IMG/VR virus record: IMGVR_UViG_3300032320_001242
Coordinates: 1-32,186 of that record
Source: a virus
Taxonomy: Duplodnaviria; Caudoviricetes
Strand: one strand, 5' to 3'
Length of the DNA: 32,186 nucleotides
A program made the translations under genes and the position numbers. This document shows, piece after piece, positions 7,387 to 14,988 of the stretch. How positions within the stretch are numbered: the stretch's first letter is position 1; each line of letters begins with the position of its first letter. Under the pieces are notes generated by a model that saw nothing but the letters and a program-made list of their open reading frames with translations, did not search any database and was not told where the DNA came from.

Positions 7387-7842
7387 CTAGCTGGCGACGA
7401 TCTTGCCGCCTAGCTGCGCGAGTAGCGCTGCGACTTCTGGTGGCACTGCGCCGTCGGCCACGACCGCCTTGGCTGCTGGAGCTTGTGGCCCCTTGGCAAG
7501 TGCGGCTTTGGCTCGCTCGACATCAGCGGCGTCTGTCGTTGCGTCAATGAGAATCCAGGGCGCAGTCTTTCCAGGCTTCGCGATGCCTTGTGAGATACGA
7601 GCCAGGACTTTCTGGCCGATCTTTGGTCGCAAGGCGTTACGAAGCGCGATATTGAAGAAGAGCACGTCGTTGTGTGACTCGCCGCTGTCCAGATCGATCA
7701 GATCGACCGAGACTGCGTCAGCGTCGCCGTTCACTGTCTGGATTCCCTCGCGGTAGTCCTTCGGTGAGATGATGAGAAGGTGCCCCTGCAGATCTGCAGG
7801 ACGCGGCCCTTGTTCGTTTGTTGCTGGAGATGAGAACTCCAT
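7387..7842 (-). CDS. Putative ssDNA-binding protein (actinophage type)
   Basis: 151 aa, beta-rich N-terminus and Ala/Pro-rich tail, located between exonuclease and primase; function inferred. Confidence 0.55.
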   Translation of the reverse strand: MEFSSPATNEQGPRPADLQGHLLIISPKDYREGIQTVNGDADAVSVDLIDLDSGESHNDVLFFNIALRNALRPKIGQKVLARISQGIAKPGKTAPWILIDATTDAADVERAKAALAKGPQAPAAKAVVADGAVPPEVAALLAQLGGKIVAS

Positions 7843-7855
7843 TTCGACCCCTTTG

Positions 7856-7981
7856 CTAGTTGGTTGGTGGTTGGGTATTGGCAGTCGGCCCGAGGCTCTC
7901 CGTCAATGCTTTGCAGATGTCGTTGATCGTGGGCGCTGGCATCGAACAGCTGCACCCATCGCGACACGGGTCGCAAGTCAA
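7856..7981 (-). CDS. Small hypothetical protein
   Basis: TTG start overlapping the exonuclease stop; MTCDPCRDGCSCSMPAPTINDICKALTE... Confidence 0.4.
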   Translation of the reverse strand: MTCDPCRDGCSCSMPAPTINDICKALTESLGPTANTQPPTN

Positions 7982-8715
7982 GCGGTGTCCCCTGGACAGC
8001 CGACGCTTGCGTCTTGTGAGAAAGGCTTGAAATAGGGGCACCAGTTGCAAAGGCGATCGGCCTTGGCAGGTATCTGGGCCCACATCGAAGGCGAGCGCTC
8101 GACATCGACTGCAGCCAGGAGCGCGTGCACGTTGTCCACTCGCTCGAGCGCTTTGAGTGCGACGCTCTCGTCATAGTCGTGCATAACCAGGTGCATATCG
8201 GCAAGCGAGCCACCAGTGGGCAAGAAAGCCAGAGCGACCTTGTTGACAGCTGCTCCCTGCTTGGCCTTGCCGTAGCCGTAGAGCTGGACTTGGACGATCT
8301 GCTGCTGAGTCGCCCCGTCGCGCTTGTACTTCTCGAGTGAGGTGCTGCCAGTCGTTTTCCAGTCCAGGACTATGCCGCGCGCCGTGTCGTAAAGATCGAC
8401 GGTGCCGCCCAGCCCTGCTCGGATAGTGACTCGCTGCTCGACTTCGAAGCCTTCGATCTTGCCAAAGACCTCGGCGAGGTAGGCGTGTATTGCCGTGCCC
8501 ACCTGAGCGGCCCAAGAGCCGCCGCTGGTCTCGTTCGGCTTGTCCCAGTCGAGCAGCTTGTAAGCCATTCGACGGGTGCATTCGTGCCCCATCTCGCTCG
8601 GGCCAATGCTGATCTGGCGCGACCGAGGCGAGTAGATGCCTGCGTCTGAGATGATCTTCTGGAGATCTTGTGCGTACTGAGTGACGGGCGCGTAGAGCGT
8701 TGCGAACTCGCTCAT
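7978..8715 (-). CDS. PD-(D/E)XK exonuclease (Cas4/RecB-like)
   Basis: IGPSEMGHECTRR, GTAIH, E, GTVD, VLDWKT, QVQLYG, C-terminal CNWC...C. Confidence 0.88.
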   Translation of the reverse strand: MSEFATLYAPVTQYAQDLQKIISDAGIYSPRSRQISIGPSEMGHECTRRMAYKLLDWDKPNETSGGSWAAQVGTAIHAYLAEVFGKIEGFEVEQRVTIRAGLGGTVDLYDTARGIVLDWKTTGSTSLEKYKRDGATQQQIVQVQLYGYGKAKQGAAVNKVALAFLPTGGSLADMHLVMHDYDESVALKALERVDNVHALLAAVDVERSPSMWAQIPAKADRLCNWCPYFKPFSQDASVGCPGDTA

Positions 8716-8792
8716 TCCTCGTCCTCGTCGTCCTCGTAGGGCACTGACGGAATCGGGCCCCAGTCTGGCTGAATCGGCTCGACGAAGCTCAC
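8712..8792 (-). CDS. 26-aa acidic peptide
   Basis: GTG start, MSFVEPIQPDWGPIPSVPYEDDEDEE; start and stop overlap both neighbours (GTGA, ATGA). Confidence 0.55.
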   Translation of the reverse strand: MSFVEPIQPDWGPIPSVPYEDDEDEE

Positions 8793-9094
8793 TCCTCTGT
8801 CACCAGAGTGAAGCGCCTGCTGACCGACTCTTTCGACAAGAAGCCGAAGATCACTGGGTCCAGGACCTTCTTGGCCTCTTGCACGTCGAATCGCTTGCTC
8901 GTCACTCGTGTCCAGCGCACGACTGCTCGGCCCTGGAAAGTGCCGATCTCGTCGTCGCCGAGGGCTTGTTCGATGTGCGTTCTGGCGTCAGCCGCACGCT
9001 CCTCGAGCTCTTTGATCTCGCCTTGCAGCTTCTTGTAGAGATCGAGCCAAGCGATCACGCTGATCTCGAGCTCCTTCTTGGTCTGTTCTGTCAT
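8789..9094 (-). CDS. Hypothetical coiled-coil protein of the recombination module
   Basis: 101 aa with GGGGGA RBS; helical N-terminus, VRW..V.S.RFD pattern. Confidence 0.75.
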   Translation of the reverse strand: MTEQTKKELEISVIAWLDLYKKLQGEIKELEERAADARTHIEQALGDDEIGTFQGRAVVRWTRVTSKRFDVQEAKKVLDPVIFGFLSKESVSRRFTLVTEE

Positions 9095-9103
9095 CTTTCC
9101 CCC

Positions 9104-9532
9104 CTAGTACCAGTGTTTCTCTTGCCAGTGCGCCCACGCGCCGCAAGGCCCTGCTGCTCCGTAGCGCCTGCCGATGTAAGCCAGCGCTGCAACCGTCTGC
9201 GCCACAGGCGCGTCTGAATGCTTCATTCCGAGATTCTTGTAAGTCGAGTCGAGGAGCTGGCCGATACCGCGAGCACTCGAGCTCGGGTTCTTGGCTGCTG
9301 CGTTCCAGCCCGACTCACGGCCAGCAAGACGGCTAAAGCAGACGAACTGCTTTGGTGTGAGCAGCTCCTTTGCCAGAGCCTTCGCACTAACCTGATCGAT
9401 CGGTGGTCGCTCTTTGAAGACCACTGGAACTGCCTGCTCTGCTGTGAATGCTTGCACCAACAAGATGCTGGTGACGACTGCTGCTGCGATGCTGATTCCC
9501 CGTCTAAAAAGCTGTTCGAGTCTAGAGCACAC
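9104..9532 (-). CDS. Lytic transglycosylase (SLT-like) with N-terminal hydrophobic segment
   Basis: RESGWN..AKNPSSSARGIGQLL...YIGRRYG..PCGAWAHW. Confidence 0.85.
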   Translation of the reverse strand: MCSRLEQLFRRGISIAAAVVTSILLVQAFTAEQAVPVVFKERPPIDQVSAKALAKELLTPKQFVCFSRLAGRESGWNAAAKNPSSSARGIGQLLDSTYKNLGMKHSDAPVAQTVAALAYIGRRYGAAGPCGAWAHWQEKHWY

Positions 9533-9556
9533 AGGGCGCTCCTTTCTTGAGCAGGT

Positions 9557-9907
9557 CTAGTCGAACTTTGGTTTGTCATAGCCTGCTGCTTTGAGTAAGT
9601 CAAGAAGTACCGAGAGCGGTACGATGGCTGGCCAGTCGTCGATGTGACTGGGCCCTTGGCCGTCCAGACGGAGAACTGCCACTGGCAGAAGCCCGTCTTG
9701 CTGGCGTTCGCGTAACTGCTTCATCGCGGCACTGACTTGGATGCCTCGACGAGCCTTAACTTCGACGTCCACACCGATCACGCCAGTGATGTCCGTCCCT
9801 GTCCTGCCCGAGCCAGCTGGCTGAGCATAGGGGAAGCCGTTTTCGCGAAAATACTCGGCGACGATTCGCTGGGATTCGTAGCCGCGTGCGATGCGTGAAG
9901 AGGTCAC
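9557..9907 (-). CDS. Holliday junction resolvase-like PD-(D/E)XK nuclease
   Basis: Probable GTG 9907; RGYESQRIVAEYFRENGF...GTDITG...VEVKAR. Confidence 0.8.
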   Translation of the reverse strand: MTSSRIARGYESQRIVAEYFRENGFPYAQPAGSGRTGTDITGVIGVDVEVKARRGIQVSAAMKQLRERQQDGLLPVAVLRLDGQGPSHIDDWPAIVPLSVLLDLLKAAGYDKPKFD

Positions 9908-10059
9908 CCCAAGACCTTCCAGACCACGAAGGCGCCGATAGCGACGCCAACGCTGATGCCTGGAAGTACGGAACGCCTTGGAGCGGCCGCCCCCCTCATA
10001 GCCGAGCAAAACCTTACCCACGCGAGCTGCTCACTTAAGTCGAGCCGTTTCTTGTGCAT
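9904..10059 (-). CDS. Small putative membrane protein
   Basis: Own translation MHKKRLDLSEQLAWVRF...GISVGVAIGAFVVWKVLG; stop overlaps the next GTG. Confidence 0.5.
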   Translation of the reverse strand: MHKKRLDLSEQLAWVRFCSAMRGAAAPRRSVLPGISVGVAIGAFVVWKVLG

Positions 10060-10306
10060 TGAAGATCTCTTTCAGTTCGAGTCCGACATCGAAAGGCGAG
10101 TGATAGTACGCGCTCGTCGTTTGATCGCCAGAGACTAGAAGCAGACACCAAGTGGCTGCTGGTAGTTGAATGCGGTACCACTGGCCCGCGGCTGTTTCGC
10201 CTGCGTGCTCGAAGTGGTCTGGTAGTGGGCCGACCGCCAGCTTGCGCTGTGCCCTGCTCTGATTAGAGTCTGATTCGGTCCTAACTGCGTATTTGAATGA
10301 GTACAT
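10031..10306 (-). CDS. Hypothetical protein
   Basis: ATG 10306 preceded by GGGGGAAGGA; MYSFKYAVRT... Confidence 0.65.
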   Translation of the reverse strand: MYSFKYAVRTESDSNQSRAQRKLAVGPLPDHFEHAGETAAGQWYRIQLPAATWCLLLVSGDQTTSAYYHSPFDVGLELKEIFNAQETARLK

Positions 10307-10334
10307 CGAGGTCCTTCCCCCTGTTGTTGGATAA

Positions 10335-10375
10335 GTAAAGCACGCCCCGCGAGCGCCTGTCAAAGCGACACGCCG
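10335..10375 (-). promoter_or_regulatory. Possible promoter for the replication module
   Basis: GTGTCGCT then TTGACA (10363-10358) at the purB stop, followed by an AT-rich TTTACTTAT; the -10 element is imperfect. Confidence 0.35.
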
Positions 10376-11595
10376 CTCTGAGCGGCCGCTGCGAGCATCG
10401 CGCGCAGTCTGGCCAGAGCTTCGAAGGTGTGGTCGATCTGTGGTGCTGGACAGCTCTCGACGGTGCCCAGCTTCCGCGCCTCTTCATAAGCCTGGTCCCT
10501 CGACAGGCCTTCTCGGATTAAGCGGTTCATCTTGGTGGTGGTGCCTTCGTGCTTAATATTTCGACGCATACCCTCGTGGTTGATGTCGAGCTTGCCCACA
10601 AGGTCAGAAGTCGAAAGAAGCACGTGCTCGGTGATCGCACATAGATCTGGGAGAGCGATTCGCTCGACAGATGAGTGCGAGATGTCGCGCTCGTGCCAGA
10701 GCGCTATGCCCTCGGTGATCGGCATAACATAAGACCGCGCTAGCCGTGCCAGGCCAGAGACCTTCTCGGCCGTAATCGGGTTGCGCTTGTGCGGCATTGA
10801 AGACGAGCCCCGCTGCCCCTTGACGGTGCCTTCAAAGATCTCGGCCACCTCGCTGCGCTGTCCGTGCCTGATCTCCAGAGCCAGGGCCTCGCAGACTGTT
10901 ACGATATTGGCCAGGCTGTAAGCCCAGGCGCCGAGGCTGTCTCGCATAAGCACCTGCGTCGAGCTGTCTGGCACGTTCAGGCCCAGCGCTCCACAGACTG
11001 CGATCTCGACGTCTCTGGGAACGTGCACGTAGTTGCCTAGCGGCCCCGAGATGTGGCCGACCCTGACCTGATCTGCTGAGGCCACAAAGCGATCGAGCGA
11101 TCTGGCCAGTGCTAGTGTGATGTCTGCGACTCGGTAGCCCCAGCTGGTCGGCTCGGCCGCTTGTCCGTGGGTGCGGCCCTGCCTGGTCGTGCCTCGGTGC
11201 TCAGTGGCGTGCGTTATTAGCTCGGCCAGGAGCGTGTAGCCAGCGTTGCCGATGAGCACATTGGCCTGGGTCAAGATCAAAGCCTGAGCTGTCTCGACCA
11301 CGTCAGAGCTGGTCAGCCCGTAGTGCAGCCAGCGATGAACGCCTTCGTGTTCGGTGTTTTCTTTCCAGGCTGCCAAGAACGCCATAAGGTCGTGGCGCAG
11401 CGTCTCCTCTTGAGCACGCACTTGCTCCAGTGTCGGCCTGAGCGTCAGCTCGAGGTGCATATGCATATCGGGCGGCACGATACCGAGCTGCCCCTGCGCT
11501 TTCATCACCTCGATCTCGACGGCCGCCCAGTGCAGGGCTTTGTTGGCGTCGCTCCAGACCAGGCTCATCGGTCGCGAGCAGTAGCGGTCGATCAC
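10360..11595 (-). CDS. purB: Adenylosuccinate lyase (phage-encoded)
   Basis: Start re-called at GTG 11595 (MIDRYCSRPMSLVWS); HDLMAF, HYGLTSSDV, GRTHGQAAEPT, signature SSSMPHKRNP, LWHERDISHSSVER; 411 aa. Confidence 0.93.
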   Translation of the reverse strand: MIDRYCSRPMSLVWSDANKALHWAAVEIEVMKAQGQLGIVPPDMHMHLELTLRPTLEQVRAQEETLRHDLMAFLAAWKENTEHEGVHRWLHYGLTSSDVVETAQALILTQANVLIGNAGYTLLAELITHATEHRGTTRQGRTHGQAAEPTSWGYRVADITLALARSLDRFVASADQVRVGHISGPLGNYVHVPRDVEIAVCGALGLNVPDSSTQVLMRDSLGAWAYSLANIVTVCEALALEIRHGQRSEVAEIFEGTVKGQRGSSSMPHKRNPITAEKVSGLARLARSYVMPITEGIALWHERDISHSSVERIALPDLCAITEHVLLSTSDLVGKLDINHEGMRRNIKHEGTTTKMNRLIREGLSRDQAYEEARKLGTVESCPAPQIDHTFEALARLRAMLAAAAQSGVSL

Positions 11596-11723
11596 TTCTT
11601 TGTGTAGTCTTTCAGTGCCTGGTTTATCACTTCGGAGACGCTGGTCTCCTCTCGCTCTGCCAGCTTGCGCGCTGCTTGCCATAGGTGGTCCGAGACTCGG
11701 ACGCTTCTGATCGGTGTGCTCAT
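11592..11723 (-). CDS. Ribbon-helix-helix DNA-binding protein
   Basis: Own translation MSTPIRSVRVSDHLWQAARKLAEREETSVSEVINQALKDYTKK; GTGA overlap with purB. Confidence 0.8.
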   Translation of the reverse strand: MSTPIRSVRVSDHLWQAARKLAEREETSVSEVINQALKDYTKK

Positions 11724-11873
11724 TCATATCCCTTCGAATAGGCACTCGGCTGCCGTGCCCCAGCAGTAGCCAGAGCCCGTCCACCAGAGATGCCCACTCA
11801 CGTAGTAAATGACGACGATCGCCGCCAATATTAAGATAGCGCGAACGCGCTTGCCCCGCTTTGTTAGCTTCAT
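11724..11873 (-). CDS. Small membrane protein
   Basis: MKLTKRGKRVRAILILAAIVVIYYVSGHLWWTGSGYCWGTAAECLFEGI; basic N-terminus plus a TM segment. Confidence 0.7.
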   Translation of the reverse strand: MKLTKRGKRVRAILILAAIVVIYYVSGHLWWTGSGYCWGTAAECLFEGI

Positions 11874-12043
11874 TTGACCAGCCACCAGCCAGCGTTCAGC
11901 ACGCCATTGACGAAGCGAGCCTGGGCCTCTTTGGGGCCGACGCCGCCGTAGAAAGTGACGGTCTCCAGCCAGCTGTCCTGGCCGTTGGTTACTAGCGCGG
12001 CCACCTGCCAGGCGCCGCTTGACTTGACGCGGAATACGTTCAC
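11870..12043 (-). CDS. Hypothetical protein
   Basis: GTG start after GAGGAG; MNVFRVKSSGAWQVAALV...; coupled at both ends. Confidence 0.65.
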   Translation of the reverse strand: MNVFRVKSSGAWQVAALVTNGQDSWLETVTFYGGVGPKEAQARFVNGVLNAGWWLVK

Positions 12044-12195
12044 GCTACGAACTCCTCGATCTCAACGACGCTCCTGATGGCTGAGGCCTCGGTGATGCCA
12101 ACGAAGGCGCCTTTCCAGAAGTACAAGCCGTCCTGCTTTATAAGTGCCAGCCTAATCGCGTCGTGCAGCATCGCTATCGAAGTCAGCTCGCTCAT
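12040..12195 (-). CDS. Hypothetical protein
   Basis: MSELTSIAMLHDAIRLALIKQDGLYFWKG...; TAATG and GTGA overlaps. Confidence 0.65.
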   Translation of the reverse strand: MSELTSIAMLHDAIRLALIKQDGLYFWKGAFVGITEASAIRSVVEIEEFVA

Positions 12196-12500
12196 TAGAG
12201 TAGGCCCTTGATGATCTGAGCCAAGAGCTCGACTGAGATCTCGCCGCGAATGCTGATCTTGTTGGCCAGCATCTGGTTGCCCTCGAAGCGAATGACGTCG
12301 ATCTCGTTGTCGTTGTCCACCACGCGCACGCCCTCTGCGAAATAGGTCTGGCCGTTGCGAGTGATGTAGCCAGTTTGTTCTTCTGTCCAGACGTCCACGC
12401 CACCGAACTCGTTGTACTGTGGCACTGCGCAGTCGCCGCCTTCGATTACGAGCTCTACTGCCTTGTCGATCTTTGCCGCTGTTGTTGTTGCTGTTGTCAT
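12195..12500 (-). CDS. Hypothetical early protein
   Basis: ATG 12500 follows the shared leader AAACGGAAGGCAAGAAAATG; MTTATTTAAKIDKAVELV... Confidence 0.75.
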   Translation of the reverse strand: MTTATTTAAKIDKAVELVIEGGDCAVPQYNEFGGVDVWTEEQTGYITRNGQTYFAEGVRVVDNDNEIDVIRFEGNQMLANKISIRGEISVELLAQIIKGLL

Positions 12501-12626
12501 TTTCTTGCCTTCCGTTTTTAGGGGCCTTTCCCCGTCCTTATAAGATAAGAATACCAGATCGTGCATACGCTGTCAATACAGAGATCGGCGTGTCGCGGTG
12601 TTAGCTTGATCACACCGCGACACGCC
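12501..12626 (-). promoter_or_regulatory. Promoter cassette copy 1
   Basis: TTGACA (12576-12571), GCGTATGCACGATCTGG, TATTCT; TGTGA-N6-TAACA box 12599-12614 lying inside a 15-bp perfect inverted repeat 12587-12626. Confidence 0.85.
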
Positions 12627-12631
12627 TGGAC

Positions 12632-13063
12632 TCAGTAACGCTCGTTGCAGCTGTGGCAGCGCCAGTGGTTGACGGGCCCCCAGCTGTGCCAGGTCAGGCG
12701 CTCGCTGTTGACGCACCAGAGCCTGGCAGGTCGGTTGGTATCTGGACGGTCGCGCTGGCTAGCCTCGGCTATCCGCTTCATACGGTCAAAGACGGCCTTG
12801 GCCGAGGCTTCAATACTGCGAGTCCAGCTGTCAGTCTCACCCCAGTCGATACCGCCATAGCCGTAATGCCTGGCGTCAGAGATCAAGTCGTCCCAGCCCT
12901 CTTCATCAAGTCGGACCGTAACGGTATAGACCTGTCGCTTGATGACCTGATCGGTCAGGCCACAGCCGCGGCCTTCGTGGTCGTCGTAGAATATTCGAGC
13001 CACCTTAATGACGATCGGGAACTGAGGTGGGTAGATATTCGGATACTCCAGGGGCGGCCTCAC
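12632..13063 (-). CDS. Hypothetical protein with C-terminal Zn-ribbon-like motif
   Basis: Probable GTG 13063 (MRPPLEYPNIYPP...), coupled to the upstream stop. Confidence 0.7.
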   Translation of the reverse strand: MRPPLEYPNIYPPQFPIVIKVARIFYDDHEGRGCGLTDQVIKRQVYTVTVRLDEEGWDDLISDARHYGYGGIDWGETDSWTRSIEASAKAVFDRMKRIAEASQRDRPDTNRPARLWCVNSERLTWHSWGPVNHWRCHSCNERY

Positions 13064-13212
13064 TGGGCACCCCCCTGGTGGCAGTCGCAGTCGCAAGGGC
13101 GGCGGCGAGACGGAAAGGCGCCCATATGGGCGACCTTGGTACAGCGATCGTGCTGGTCTGTGACGCACCGAGCTGATGTGAAGCTGGTGGCGTACTCTCT
13201 GAGACCTTTCAT
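13060..13212 (-). CDS. Small Cys/His-rich protein
   Basis: MKGLREYATSFTSARCVTDQHDRC...PCDCDCHQGGAQ; GGGAG RBS; first gene after cassette 2. Confidence 0.7.
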   Translation of the reverse strand: MKGLREYATSFTSARCVTDQHDRCTKVAHMGAFPSRRRPCDCDCHQGGAQ

Positions 13213-13242
13213 ATTCTGCTCCCTTCCTGAGCTTGTAATACT

Positions 13243-13309
13243 ATTTTACCAGATCGTGCATACGCTGTCAATACATTCACGGCGCGTCGGGGGTGTGAGA
13301 TTCATCACA
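13243..13309 (-). promoter_or_regulatory. Promoter cassette copy 2
   Basis: TTGACA (13271-13266), same 17-bp spacer, TAAAAT; perfect TGTGA-N6-TCACA at 13294-13309. Confidence 0.85.
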
Positions 13310-13432
13310 TCAGTCCAGATCTTCAAGTCGGTCATATGGCGAGCAGCTACAGCGATCGGCTCGCTCATCGCAGCCGTCGCAGGTCTCGTCTCGGCCCAGG
13401 GCGATGTCGTCATCTTCTCTCGGCTCGCTCAT
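13310..13432 (-). CDS. Small acidic Cys-rich protein
   Basis: MSEPREDDDIALGRDETCDGCDERADRCSCSPYDRLEDLD; ATGA overlap. Confidence 0.6.
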   Translation of the reverse strand: MSEPREDDDIALGRDETCDGCDERADRCSCSPYDRLEDLD

Positions 13433-13581
13433 TCGATCGCCGCGCCTTCCTGCGCCCAGATTCGCTTTGCGAGCTGCTGAGCCTCGTGCTGACGGTTGGC
13501 GCTGTAGTTGTGGTCTTGCGTCAGAGAGCCGAGGCTGGCCAGGACCAGCAGCAGCTCCTCTCGAGTTAGTTCAAGCTTCAT
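13429..13581 (-). CDS. Hypothetical protein
   Basis: MKLELTREELLLVLASLGSL...; GGGAG RBS, ATGA overlaps. Confidence 0.65.
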   Translation of the reverse strand: MKLELTREELLLVLASLGSLTQDHNYSANRQHEAQQLAKRIWAQEGAAIE

Positions 13582-13847
13582 CGGTGCTCCCAGGCTGCGC
13601 GAGGTGCGTAAGGCTCGTCGCGGTTGTCGGTTGTCGCTATCCAGAGGGCGGGCTTACCGACTGCGCTCCAGTAGACGTCGTCGTTCTCGTCCTCGCCGTC
13701 GATCACGACGACGTTGGTGATGATGCCAGCAAGTGGGTAGCCTGGCTGGTAGCCGACGTTCACTGGCTGGTCGCCGAGTTCTGGGTTGTCGTCCAGCATC
13801 TCTTGAAGCGTCTCGATGAGTTCGTTTAGAGTGGCCACTCTATGCAC
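13578..13847 (-). CDS. Hypothetical acidic protein
   Basis: TLNELIETLQEM...VNVGYQPGYPL...PYAPRAAW; start position uncertain by a few codons. Confidence 0.7.
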   Translation of the reverse strand: MHRVATLNELIETLQEMLDDNPELGDQPVNVGYQPGYPLAGIITNVVVIDGEDENDDVYWSAVGKPALWIATTDNRDEPYAPRAAWEHR

Positions 13848-14019
13848 CTGCCTTCTCGTTTGCGATCAGTTGAAGAGTGAGCTGGTCCTGGTAGTAGCGG
13901 TCTGCGCAGTCTAGGCAGACGATGACGGTCTGGCGGCCTCTGATCTGGTGCGCCAGAATCGTAGGACCTGATTCGCAGCTTGCGCAGCCTACTTCGCAGC
14001 TTGTGCAGAGCAGCATCAT
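13840..14019 (-). CDS. Small Zn-finger-like protein
   Basis: MMLLCTSCEVGCASCE...VCLDC; TAATG overlap. Confidence 0.6.
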   Translation of the reverse strand: MMLLCTSCEVGCASCESGPTILAHQIRGRQTVIVCLDCADRYYQDQLTLQLIANEKAGA

Positions 14020-14222
14020 TATGCACTCACCAAGTCCCAAGCCGATACGAGAGCGTTGTGGCCGATGCCCCAGCTCTCGATCGATTCGAACCACTTGCTG
14101 TCCTCGAGCTGCTTGCCGACTATCCAGCTGCCGCCGATCTTCTGAACGCGAACTGTGCCGCAAGGTGAGAGCCAAAGCTCCTTGTTGATCTGAACCATTC
14201 CGTGCTTTGTTGCTGTTGTCAT
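14019..14222 (-). CDS. Hypothetical early protein
   Basis: ATG 14222 after the shared leader; MTTATKHGMVQINKELW... Confidence 0.7.
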   Translation of the reverse strand: MTTATKHGMVQINKELWLSPCGTVRVQKIGGSWIVGKQLEDSKWFESIESWGIGHNALVSAWDLVSA

Positions 14223-14332
14223 TTTCTTGCCTTCCGTTTGTTGGTCCCTTTCGGGCTTATGGGATAAGCGTACCAGACCGTGCATACGCTGTCAATACAG
14301 AGAGACGCTCGTGTCGTGTTAGTTTGATCACA
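14223..14332 (-). promoter_or_regulatory. Promoter cassette copy 3
   Basis: TTGACA (14295-14290), GCGTATGCACGGTCTGG, TACGCT; TGTGA-N6-TAACA at 14317-14332. Confidence 0.85.
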
Positions 14333-14573
14333 TCAAGTCGCCTGGCGTCTCGATCTTTCGCATCTCTTTGGCGATGATGCGGTTGCCCCAGAACCTGAGC
14401 ACTGGCTGGGGCAGCTGGGGCAGTCTGATCTCCTTGAAGGGCAGAAGGACCAAGATCAGCAGCGGCCAGAAGGCTAGAAAGAAAGCCATCACCGACCAGA
14501 CGAACAGATCGCGCCCCTTGACCAGCGCTACGAACCCGACCACTGGTACGGCCAGGACTGACCACCAGCCCAT
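14328..14573 (-). CDS. Small two-TM membrane protein
   Basis: Hydrophobic segments flanking KGRD...W. Confidence 0.75.
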   Translation of the reverse strand: MGWWSVLAVPVVGFVALVKGRDLFVWSVMAFFLAFWPLLILVLLPFKEIRLPQLPQPVLRFWGNRIIAKEMRKIETPGDLM

Positions 14574-14746
14574 CAGTTGGCCACCTCGTTGTACTCGGAC
14601 AGCGCCTGGGAAAGCTGGCGAATCGAGTCGATCAAGACGTCGCGAATCTCGTCTGGCTCCTGGCGCTCCTCGGCTTCCAGGAGCTGGTTGCCGACGGTGT
14701 ACATCGCCGAAGTGATGCCCGTCCAGACCTCTTTGACGGCGCCCAT
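14573..14746 (-). CDS. Hypothetical protein
   Basis: MGAVKEVWTGITSAMYTVGNQLLEAEE...; TAATG and TGATG overlaps. Confidence 0.65.
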   Translation of the reverse strand: MGAVKEVWTGITSAMYTVGNQLLEAEERQEPDEIRDVLIDSIRQLSQALSEYNEVAN

Positions 14747-14988
14747 TAGAAGGCCACCTTTCCGATCTCTACGACTTCAACGATCTCCAGTGGTTGCAGC
14801 CAGTCGGTTCTAGTGACCATTCGCTGCATCTCGCGCTCTGCCAGCTTTAGCGAGACGTGGAAAGTCGCGGCTGGTGTGGCGTTCAGATCGCCGCGTGAGA
14901 TGTTGCGAAAAATGACTGCGTGGGTGAAGATCTTGTTCTCTGACTTGCGTGTGAGTCCGTATCCTTGGGTCTTGAAGAGCTTTGCCAT
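14746..14988 (-). CDS. Hypothetical early protein
   Basis: ATG after the shared leader; MAKLFKTQGYGLTRKSENKIFTHAV... Confidence 0.75.
   Translation of the reverse strand: MAKLFKTQGYGLTRKSENKIFTHAVIFRNISRGDLNATPAATFHVSLKLAEREMQRMVTRTDWLQPLEIVEVVEIGKVAF

Noticed and set aside
7978-8715. CRISPR-associated Cas4
   Set aside because: No array or other cas genes. Stand-alone Cas4-like exonucleases are common in phage recombination modules.
11596-11784. 63-aa N-terminal extension on PurB as given by the ORF track
   Set aside because: PurB similarity starts at IDRY (GTG 11595), and the upstream DNA encodes the RHH and membrane genes in other frames
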